Origin: Coleofasciculus chthonoplastes F2-STO-03
Lineage (GTDB): Bacteria; Cyanobacteriota; Cyanobacteriia; Cyanobacteriales; Coleofasciculaceae
Assembly: GCA_040222015.1 (NCBI GenBank)
Contig: JAVJWO010000154.1
Coordinates: forward strand, 1-47,233
DNA: 47,233 bases
Direction: 5' to 3'
Both the position numbers and the translations under genes were made by a program. The notes under the pieces were generated by a model. The model was not told the DNA's origin and searched no databases. It was given only the letters and a program-made list of their open reading frames with translations. Positions within the stretch are counted from its first letter, which is position 1. Every line of letters starts with the position of its first letter. Below, piece by piece: positions 40,401 to 47,233 of the stretch.

Positions 40401-41086
40401 CGTATGATATTGGTTACGGTGGTTTAGACCATGTGATTGCCAGTGGTCGCAATGTGAATATCTTGGTGTTGGATACTGAGGTGTATTCTAATACCGGGGG
40501 TCAGGCGTCCAAAGCTACCCCACGGGGGGCGGTGGCGAAATTTGCGGCGGCGGGTAAACCGTCTCCCAAGAAAGACCTGGGGTTAATTGCCATGACCTAC
40601 GGGAATGTCTATGTTGCCAGTGTGGCAATGGGGGCGCGGGATGAACATACGCTGAAGGCGTTCTTAGAAGCGGAGGCGTATGATGGTCCGTCTCTGATCC
40701 TGGCGTATTCCCACTGTATTGCCCACGGGATTAATATGACCACATCCATGTCTCATCACAAGGCGTTGGTTGAGTCTGGGCGCTGGTTGCTGTATCGCTT
40801 CAATCCCGATTTAGTCAAAGAAGCGAAGAATCCCCTGCAACTGGATATGCGGAGTCCGAAATTCCCGGTGGAACAATCCATGTATCAAGAAAACCGCTTC
40901 AAGATGCTGACCAAGAGTAAGCCAGAAGATGCTAAACGTCTTTTAGGAGAAGCGCAGCAGGATGTGCAGACTCGGTGGCAGATGTACCAATATCTGGCAG
41001 CCCGTCAGTTGGACACCCACAACGGTCATGGGAATGGTCAGACAACCCCAACTGGTGGGGAGGTTAAGGAACCGACGAATACCTAA
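37472..41086 (+). CDS. nifJ: Pyruvate:ferredoxin (flavodoxin) oxidoreductase
   Basis: DGNEA, IYPITP, two CxxCxxCxxxCP clusters, GACAGCGE, GGDGWAYDIG TPP motif. Confidence 0.98.
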   Translation: MTKRTIATLDGNEAVARVAYPLNEVIAIYPITPASPMGEWADAWSSEGRKNLWGTVPSIIEMQSEAGAAGTVHGALQAGSLTSTFTASQGLLLMLPNLYKIAGEMTSAVIHVAARSLAAQALSIFGDHQDVMACRATGFGLLASGSVQEAHDLALITHAASLESRIPFIHFFDGFRTSHEVQKIELLADEDLRAMINDERVMEHRARGLTPDRPVLRGTAQNPDVYFQARETVNPYYNACPEIVQNTMDKFAELTGRKYELFQYYGAPDAERVVILMGSGTETVHETVDYLNKQGEKVGMIKVRLYRPFDMKQLVKALPATTKSIAALDRTKEPGAGGEPLYLDIVTAVEEAWEADSPKPKVVGGRYGLSSKEFSPAMVKGIFDNLAANQPKNHFTIGINDDLTNTSLSYDPNFSTEPETVVRCVFYGLGSDGTVGANKNSIKIIGEETENYAQGYFVYDSKKSGAVTVSHLRFGPEKIRSTYLISQANFVACHQWLFLEKLNVLSSAAPGATFLLNCPFSKDEVWSKLPRPIQEEIVNKQLKFYVIDANQVAVSSGMGRRINTVMQVCFFELANVLPKAEAIAKIKQYIEKTYGKKGAEVVRMNIEAVDNALAHLYEVQVPDTIDSTVDMRPPVPDTAPAFVRDVLGKMMARGGDNLPVSAMPVDGTFPTGTTKWEKRNVALEVPVWDPDVCVQCGKCVMVCPHAVIRGKSYDSQVLENAPDSFKSTDTRDKEYGGQKFTIQVAVEDCTGCGICVDVCPAKNKSQPKLKAINMESQLPLRDQEQANWDFFLDIPNPDRRSLNLDRIRQQQWQEPLFEFSGACAGCGETPYLKLATQLFGDRMVVANATGCSSIYGGNLPTTPWSQNAEGRGPAWSNSLFEDNAEFGIGFRVSIDKHTQFAAELVQTLAGEIGDNLVGGILNADQKSEADIWEQRERVAQLKQKLQGMNSPEAKQLLSLADYLVKKSVWIIGGDGWAYDIGYGGLDHVIASGRNVNILVLDTEVYSNTGGQASKATPRGAVAKFAAAGKPSPKKDLGLIAMTYGNVYVASVAMGARDEHTLKAFLEAEAYDGPSLILAYSHCIAHGINMTTSMSHHKALVESGRWLLYRFNPDLVKEAKNPLQLDMRSPKFPVEQSMYQENRFKMLTKSKPEDAKRLLGEAQQDVQTRWQMYQYLAARQLDTHNGHGNGQTTPTGGEVKEPTNT

Positions 41087-41094
41087 TTAATAAT

Positions 41095-41122
41095 GTAGAG
41101 ACGCGCCATGGCGCGTCTCTAC
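41095..41122. repeat. Perfect REP palindrome GTAGAGACGCGCCATGGCGCGTCTCTAC
   Basis: Intercistronic between nifJ and the DHOD-like gene. Confidence 0.92.
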
Positions 41123-41166
41123 ACCTCCACAAGAATTACCCATAAATAATTGAGAGGTTTAAACGG

Positions 41167-42183
41167 ATGGATCTGACAACAACATACCTAGGGTTAGAAT
41201 TGCGATCGCCACTCGTGGTTGGTGCGGCGGCACCCTTGACAGAAGATGTTGACAATATCAAGCGCATGGAGGATGCAGGCGCGGCGGCTGTGGTGCTGCA
41301 TTCCTTATTTGAAGAACAACTGCGCCAAGAAAAGTTGGAATTACACCATCACTTAGAGTATGGTACCGAAAGTTTTGCCGAAGCCCTGACCTATTTCCCG
41401 GAAGCGGAAGTCTTTCATGTGGGTTCAGAGCAATATTTAGAGCATATTCGTAAGGCAAAAGAGACGGTGAATATGCCGATCATCGCCAGTCTCAATGGTG
41501 CTACCGTGGGCGGCTGGACGCACTACGCCAAGGAAATTGAGCAGGCGGGGGCGAATGCGCTGGAGTTGAATATCTACAGCATCCCCACGGATATGGATCA
41601 GACGGGGGCAGAAATCGAGCAGAATTATCTTGATATTCTGCAAGCGGTGAAATCTGAGGTAAATATTCCAGTTGCGATTAAACTCAGTCCTTTCTTCAGC
41701 AATATGGCAAATATGGCGAAGCGGTTGACGGAGGCGGGTGCGGATGGTTTAGTCTTTTTCAATCGATTTTACCAGCCGGATATTGATATTGAGGAATTGG
41801 AAGTATCACCCAATATATTGCTGAGTACACCGCAAGCGATGCGCTTACCTATGCGCTGGATTGCGATTTTGTATGGTCGTCTGTCGGTAGACTTTGCTGC
41901 TACGAGTGGGGTGCAGAAAGGGCAGGATGTGATCAAAATGATGATGGCAGGTGCGAAAGTGACGGAAATCGTCAGTGTACTGCTGCGTCATGGGATTGGC
42001 AATCTGCAAGAGATTGAGCAAGAGGTACGCCATTGGATGGAGGAGCATGAATATGAGTCTATCAAGCAGATGCAGGGTAGCATGAGTCAAATTAACTGTC
42101 CTGATGAAAGTGGCTTTGAACGGGCGCAGTACATGAAGGCGATTCAGACATACAAGCCTCAATTGGTGGGGTTTGCACCATAG
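41167..42183 (+). CDS. Dihydroorotate dehydrogenase-like flavoprotein (nifJ-associated)
   Basis: DLTTTYLGLELRSP, SLFEEQ, IIASLNG, IKLSPFF, FNRFYQPD, FERAQY. Confidence 0.9.
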   Translation: MDLTTTYLGLELRSPLVVGAAAPLTEDVDNIKRMEDAGAAAVVLHSLFEEQLRQEKLELHHHLEYGTESFAEALTYFPEAEVFHVGSEQYLEHIRKAKETVNMPIIASLNGATVGGWTHYAKEIEQAGANALELNIYSIPTDMDQTGAEIEQNYLDILQAVKSEVNIPVAIKLSPFFSNMANMAKRLTEAGADGLVFFNRFYQPDIDIEELEVSPNILLSTPQAMRLPMRWIAILYGRLSVDFAATSGVQKGQDVIKMMMAGAKVTEIVSVLLRHGIGNLQEIEQEVRHWMEEHEYESIKQMQGSMSQINCPDESGFERAQYMKAIQTYKPQLVGFAP

Positions 42184-42201
42184 GATAAACGCCAATTAAT
42201 T

Positions 42202-42234
42202 AGATCCCCGATTTCTGGAATAGGTTGGGGATTT
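42202..42234 (+). terminator. Hairpin after the nifJ operon (repeat-derived, possible terminator)
   Basis: ATCCCCGA...TTGGGGAT followed by TT. Confidence 0.45.
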
Positions 42235-42335
42235 GGTAGGTGCGATCGCTCTCCTCTAACCAGGGGTTTTTCCGGGGCGATCGCACCTTGTAAGATCACA
42301 ATTAAACCGTTGTTTGAGAATCAGGAGGCTGTTTA

Positions 42336-42632
42336 GTGACCCATTTACCTCCAAATCGCGATCGCTCAATTGCCACTCTAACCCTAGATGACTTGGAAGC
42401 TATCATCACAAGCATTGTTGAGAAAATCCTACAACAAGAAAAACCCAATCGGCAATCAGAGGATTTGCCCACCGCCGTTATTGATCGTCCCTATGACGCC
42501 ACGGCTCGTCCCTTTTGGGAAATTGTCACTCAACTAGCGACTCAAGTGTCTCAACAGGAATGGGCAGATGTTCCCAGTGATGCGTCTGAAAAACTGGATG
42601 ATTACTTCTATGGTAATCAAAGCTCATCATGA
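42336..42632 (+). CDS. Putative antitoxin (VapB-like partner of a PIN toxin)
   Basis: GTG with AGGAGG RBS; C-terminal PFWE...WADVPSDASEKLDDYFYG; stop overlaps the next ATG (ATGA). Confidence 0.75.
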   Translation: MTHLPPNRDRSIATLTLDDLEAIITSIVEKILQQEKPNRQSEDLPTAVIDRPYDATARPFWEIVTQLATQVSQQEWADVPSDASEKLDDYFYGNQSSS

Positions 42633-42812
42633 GAGCTAGAACAGTTTAATCGTGCCTTATCATTTTATATGCAGCGAGGGGATAAAGCTTGGAGTTTAAC
42701 AGACTGTAGTTCTTTTTTGATCATGCAAGATTTAGGCATAACCGAAGCCTTAGCGTTTGATAGACATTTTGAGCAGGCAGGATTTAAAGTTATAGGAAAG
42801 GAGCAATCCTAA
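42629..42812 (+). pseudogene. VapC/PIN toxin with N-terminal half deleted
   Basis: The ATG frame stops after 6 codons; another frame reads DKAWSLTDCSSFLIMQDLGITEALAFDRHFEQAGF. Confidence 0.85.
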
Positions 42813-42864
42813 TGCGATCGCAGGATTTGAGCCACTGATTAGCACACTAACTACGGAAGACCCA

Positions 42865-43281
42865 TTATTTACCGTCAGTTATCCGATCAAGGGTTAGTTT
42901 TTCGGTGTGGTTCAAGGATTCTTCGGCTTTTTCGGCTTTTTCAGCCATCGAGTCTAGTTTACGGCTTGCCTTTTTCCGTCCATGTTCAATCGCCTGTTTT
43001 CTTTTCTCGGTTTTGCCGATCAATTCCTTGGTTGTCTCTAAGCCCTCAAATGCCTTTTCTGATGCCTTTTTCGCTTGTTCACTCCCTTTGTCTAAATCGA
43101 CAGATTTCTCAGATTGGGGATGGGCTGGGGTTAATTGGGCTGTAGGCGTTAGAGGGGTGGCTAAGGCGGCGCTATTATTGTCTGCGATCGCGAAACCAAA
43201 AATCAAGAAAATTGGAATTAAAAACAAGGCTAGGATTTGACGCAGTTTGCTGAGGTGTAATTTCATTTTTAATAGCGGCAT
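42865..43281 (-). CDS. Hypothetical exported protein with a K/E/A-rich helical region
   Basis: Signal-peptide-like N-terminus (AALA cleavage-like site) and charged amphipathic tail. Confidence 0.7.
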   Translation of the reverse strand: MPLLKMKLHLSKLRQILALFLIPIFLIFGFAIADNNSAALATPLTPTAQLTPAHPQSEKSVDLDKGSEQAKKASEKAFEGLETTKELIGKTEKRKQAIEHGRKKASRKLDSMAEKAEKAEESLNHTEKLTLDRITDGK

Positions 43282-43372
43282 AGATAGTCTTTAATAGTCT
43301 TTAAAGGCAACAGGGAGCTAGGAAATGGTCAATACCCGATACTTGCACCTTTGTCAATAAGCCCCGACACTC

Positions 43373-43484
43373 GCCAAGAACTCAAGTTCTTGGCTAAAAG
43401 TGCAAGTCGTCTCAAGACGACTAAAACTCTTATTCAGTCAGCTAAGGCTGACTTGGGATTTTAGTCTTGGGTTTCAACCCTAAG
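43373..43484. repeat. Four-hairpin dispersed repeat element
   Basis: GCCAAGAAC-TCAA-GTTCTTGGC; AGTCGTC-TCAA-GACGACT; AGTCAGC-TAAG-GCTGACT; CTTGGGTTTCAACCCTAAG. Confidence 0.7.
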
Positions 43485-43663
43485 CGGTTGGTGAGACTCT
43501 GGGCATACTTTCCCATAGTGGCAATAAACCCCTACAATTTTCTTCATACTAAAGACAGAAAAACGACAATTTTGACCCTTTGATTCGCTGAAGGAAACCT
43601 GGTTTGTCGGGGCAGGTTTAGGGAATTACGTTTTGTGATTGATGATAACGTTATCTCAAACCC

Positions 43664-43794
43664 CTGAGGGGGTGACAAGGGACTCGAAGGTACTACTGGG
43701 TGTAGGTTCCTTACCGAGAAGCCCCACACCCCACACCCCACACCCCATACCCCACACCCTGCCTACCTTTGACGCGAGCTTGTCACCCCTTCAG
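43664..43794. mobile_element. 131-bp MITE with 16-bp TIRs and 9-bp target duplication
   Basis: CTGAGGGGGTGACAAG / CTTGTCACCCCTTCAG; flanks CTCAAACCC (43655-43663) and CTCAAACTC (43795-43803); internal CCCCACA repeats. Confidence 0.8.
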
Positions 43795-43856
43795 CTCAAA
43801 CTCACCCTCATCTCCCCTATCTCCCTCCGCTTCCCCAGCTTCCCGATTATCATCCT

Positions 43857-45563
43857 GTGAAACGTCAGCCCTTATCTCGTCCTCCAATTCTCAACCCACA
43901 AACGGTTTGGGGATTGGTATTTATCGGCGCGATCGCACTTTCTCTTTACCAGGCGGGTATCTGGGAACAGGATATCTTGAATCCAGGTGGATTTTCCTTA
44001 TTGGGGCGATTTCTCCAAGCCAGTCTACAACCGGAGTTAAGCCCTGAGTTTCTCCAATTAACCTTAGAGGCGACGCTTACCACATTAGCCTATGCTGTCT
44101 GTGGTACGTTTCTCAGTGTGGTGCTGGGAATCGTTGGCGGGGTATTAACCTCTGAGGTGTGGTGGTTGGCGGTTTCCCAGGGTTCAATCGAGAGACACCC
44201 TTCTCAAATTTGGTTGAGTTTGCGCGGATTGTTGGCGGTTCCCCGGGCGATTCACGAAATGCTGTGGGGATTGTTTTTTGTGAATATTTGGGGACTTGAT
44301 CCCTTAGTCGCCATTTTAGCGATCGCGATTCCGTTTGGGGCGGTGGTGGCGAAGGTTTTTGCCGAAATTCTGGATGAGACTCCCCGTCACCCTCTAATTA
44401 CGCTGCTTAATAGTGGGGTTCCACCCTTAACTGCGTTTCTCTATACCCTGATTCCCCAAGCCTTTTTAAATCTTCTCTCCTATACGTTTTATCGCTTTGA
44501 ATGTTCGATTCGTTCAGCGGCGGTATTGGGAATTATCGGGGCTGGGGGATTGGGATATGAGATTTTTCTGAGTGTACAGTCGCTGCGTTATCAACAGTTG
44601 TGGACGTTTTTCTATGCCCTATTTATCTTAAACGGGATGGTTGATTTCAGTAGCGCTTGGTTACGCGATCGCTTAGGCTGTAGCAGTCGGCTGGATTTAA
44701 ATGCTGATCACGGTTCTACGTCTCAAAGGGGATTCTATCCGCGTGATCCGTTGATTACTCTGGCGGGTATCGGGGGGGTGCTAATCATCCCCTTTTGCTT
44801 TTGGTATGTCCATCCTGACTTTACCCAACTTTGGTCACCCCGCACGGGGAAATTATTGGTGGATGCGATAACCGTATCCTTTCCACCGGATATAACCTGG
44901 AGACAATTGCCAGAATTAGTCCGATTATCAACTCAAACCCTATCCATGTCCATTCTCGCGATCGCACTGGCGGGTATGGGTGGCATTTTACTCTCGTTTC
45001 CGGCGACTCGTAATTTTTTCCTCCCTGGAGGATTACTCAATCCGAGTCGTCAAGAAAGAGGGCGAGACGAGAAGATTTGGGTGTGGATTACCTTTTTACT
45101 CACACGGGCGATTTTACTGGTGTGTCGGGCAATTCCTGCACCAATTTGGGCGTTAGTGGCGCTGTTTATCTTATTTCCGGGTATTTTACCGGGTGCGATC
45201 GCGTTGGGATTGCACAATTTGGGGATTTTAGGGCGGCTGATGGCAGAAGTGACAGAAAATCTACCCCAGCCTCCATTACAAGCCTTAAAAGCTCAGGGAA
45301 CCCCCGCTGCGTTAGTGTTTTTATATGGGGTGCTACCGATGACATTACCCCGTTTTCTGGCTTATATTCTGTACCGTTGGGAAGTCTGTATGCGAGAAAC
45401 TGTCATTGTGGGATTAGTGGGGGCGGGTGGGTTAGGGCGGTTATTGAGTGAACAATTGAGTAGTTTTGACGCGCCCGGTATTGTTACCACTATCACCTGT
45501 TTGATTATGCTGACAGTTCTCGTGGATTGGGTGAGTGGAATCAGTCGGCGATCATTGCGTTAA
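43857..45563 (+). CDS. PhnE/PtxC-family ABC permease, two fused permease domains
   Basis: Duplicated motifs YRFECSIRSAAVLGIIGAGGLG and YRWEVCMRETVIVGLVGAGGLG. Confidence 0.88.
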   Translation: MKRQPLSRPPILNPQTVWGLVFIGAIALSLYQAGIWEQDILNPGGFSLLGRFLQASLQPELSPEFLQLTLEATLTTLAYAVCGTFLSVVLGIVGGVLTSEVWWLAVSQGSIERHPSQIWLSLRGLLAVPRAIHEMLWGLFFVNIWGLDPLVAILAIAIPFGAVVAKVFAEILDETPRHPLITLLNSGVPPLTAFLYTLIPQAFLNLLSYTFYRFECSIRSAAVLGIIGAGGLGYEIFLSVQSLRYQQLWTFFYALFILNGMVDFSSAWLRDRLGCSSRLDLNADHGSTSQRGFYPRDPLITLAGIGGVLIIPFCFWYVHPDFTQLWSPRTGKLLVDAITVSFPPDITWRQLPELVRLSTQTLSMSILAIALAGMGGILLSFPATRNFFLPGGLLNPSRQERGRDEKIWVWITFLLTRAILLVCRAIPAPIWALVALFILFPGILPGAIALGLHNLGILGRLMAEVTENLPQPPLQALKAQGTPAALVFLYGVLPMTLPRFLAYILYRWEVCMRETVIVGLVGAGGLGRLLSEQLSSFDAPGIVTTITCLIMLTVLVDWVSGISRRSLR

Positions 45564-45628
45564 TGATTTTTGGGAAAAATTCAACTTAACCGAGAGGATC
45601 GTCATTTGTCATTTGTCATATCATGTCT

Positions 45629-46474
45629 CTAAATTAACGCGATCGCACGATTGGTATAGTCAGGTAGATCAGGCGTTTTTCCATCCTGATCCGGAACCGC
45701 TTCGACAAACACATCCTTATAGTTCATCTGAACATCACCAAAAATAGTGGCAAACGCGACATCAGCCGCATCCCGCCCGATACCAATGCGAATTAACCCA
45801 TTACAGGGGGCGAGTCGGGTAGGGTCAAATAAATACCAGCGATCGCCTAAATACGCCTCAAAATAGGCATGAAAATCTTGCGGTTCTAAATTATAGGCAT
45901 ATCCCGTCACAAATCGAGCCGGAATATTCAACGCCCGACAAAACGCAATCCCCAAATGGGCAAAATCTCGACAAACCCCTGCTCGTTCTGTCGCGGTATC
46001 ATAAGCCGAGGTATGTTGATTAGTGCTACCTGATAAATAGGTGACGTTATCGTAAATCCAATTACAGATAGCCGTAACTCTGGAATATTCAGGAATCAAA
46101 TTACCAAACTCATTCTGTGCCAGACGCATTAACCGATCTGACTCACAGTAACGTGATGGATAGAGGTAATGTAAGGTTTCTAACGGTAACTTATCCGGAG
46201 GATTTTCCGAAATCGAACTGGGGTCTTCATCCCGATAAAATAAATCCACAGTGGCTTGATAGGACACCTGTAAGTCACCTTGGGGTACATAGACTCGTAG
46301 ATATCGGTTTTCCATCCGAGGAGAAACATACTCCTCATAATCTATGGATGGTTCAATTTGCAACTTTTCTTGCAGAATTCTTTGATACTTTTTCTCAACA
46401 ACACTGAGATTAAAAATAAATGTGCTACTTGCCGCAACACTATAATTTAATTGACAGCCCAGCTTGAATTTCAT
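45629..46474 (-). CDS. Transglutaminase-like family protein
   Basis: YLYPSRYCESD, GVCRDFAH, DFHAYFE, WYLFDPT, IGIGRDAAD. Confidence 0.92.
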   Translation of the reverse strand: MKFKLGCQLNYSVAASSTFIFNLSVVEKKYQRILQEKLQIEPSIDYEEYVSPRMENRYLRVYVPQGDLQVSYQATVDLFYRDEDPSSISENPPDKLPLETLHYLYPSRYCESDRLMRLAQNEFGNLIPEYSRVTAICNWIYDNVTYLSGSTNQHTSAYDTATERAGVCRDFAHLGIAFCRALNIPARFVTGYAYNLEPQDFHAYFEAYLGDRWYLFDPTRLAPCNGLIRIGIGRDAADVAFATIFGDVQMNYKDVFVEAVPDQDGKTPDLPDYTNRAIALI

Positions 46475-46711
46475 AATTAATCTAAACGAGGATTTGTTTG
46501 GGTTTTTCTATAGTACAGTAAATCTTCCATTATTTTGTAGTTAAAGTCATCTAACTCAAGGAGTATTTTTATCGTGAACTCCATAGACTATAGTTTTGTC
46601 AAAACCAATTGTTTATTGAACAAATCACAAATAACCAATGACATTCTAAGTACCTGGACACAAACTCTGTATCCTGTACTAAGAAATGTTAACAACCCTC
46701 AAACCCTTACT

Positions 46712-46752
46712 GTTCCGTATTCCCTGTTCCCTGTTCCCTGTTCCCTGTTCCC
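46712..46752 (+). repeat. TTCCCTG heptamer tandem repeat (STRR)
   Basis: Directly visible. Confidence 0.85.
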
Positions 46753-46933
46753 TAATCTCAACCGTTAACTTTAAGGCAAGTCCGACTCCTGATTAATAAT
46801 AACGGACGTAACGTAGAGGATGATAGGGATGAATTGGCTCAGATGGATGCTTGGAAACTAAGCGTACCACAAAATGTCACACCTGAAGCCGCAGGTAAGC
46901 ATTGGCGTTAACTGAAGTTGAAAGCAAATTTTC

Positions 46934-47233
46934 CCTACACCCCACACCCCAAACCCCAAACCCGACACCCCAAACCCGACACCCCAAACCCTACACCCGA
47001 CACCCCACACCCTACACCCCACACCCTACACCCCACACCCCAAACCCCACACCCCAAACCCCACACCCCAAACCCCACACCCCAAACCCCACACCCGACA
47101 CCCCACACCCCAAACCCCACACCCGACACCCCACACCCCACACCCCACACCCCACACCCCCAAACCCACACCCCACACCCCCAACCCCCCCCCCCACACC
47201 CCACACCCCCAACACCCCCACCCCCACCCCCCC
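46934..47233 (+). repeat. Long (CCCCACA)n heptamer tract with variants, running off the window end
   Basis: About 40 units (CCCCACA/CCCCAAA/CCCGACA/CCCTACA). Confidence 0.95.

Noticed and set aside
46935..47227. Gly/Cys/Val/Trp-rich ORFs
   Set aside because: Pure translations of the heptamer tract.

Overview
Cyanobacterial chromosomal DNA. Evidence: abundant HIP1 GCGATCGC sites, heptamer tandem repeats, GTAG-type REP elements, bciB, guaB-Yfr1-trxA and accC-ycf19. The repeat repertoire suggests a filamentous genome such as Coleofasciculus/Microcoleus (inference). Core content: GGT, bciB, trxA, Yfr1 sRNA, guaB, a YqiJ-like/flotillin pair, tRNA-Cys(GCA), pcrA, an EamA transporter, an Eis-like acetyltransferase, tRNA-Leu(GAG), accC, ycf19, nifJ with a DHOD-like partner, a double PhnE-type permease and a transglutaminase-like gene. 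Most notable accessory content: (1) two ~155-bp direct repeats at the window start, each with a conserved sigma70-like promoter and a candidate small RNA or leaderless micro-ORF, just upstream of a PLD-nuclease/SNF2-helicase fusion with no partner methyltransferase in view; (2) a DUF928 gene plus a giant TPS/FG-GAP-propeller/CHAT-protease gene; (3) an RsbQ/KAI2-like hydrolase upstream of a PAS-PAS adenylate cyclase; (4) a decayed N-ATPase/antiporter operon remnant; (5) several MITEs, including one that rewrote a gene's C-terminus and one multi-level nested insertion; (6) a vapBC-type locus with a deleted toxin. No CRISPR array, rRNA or intact transposase was seen. All calls come from reading motifs by eye; no searches were run.
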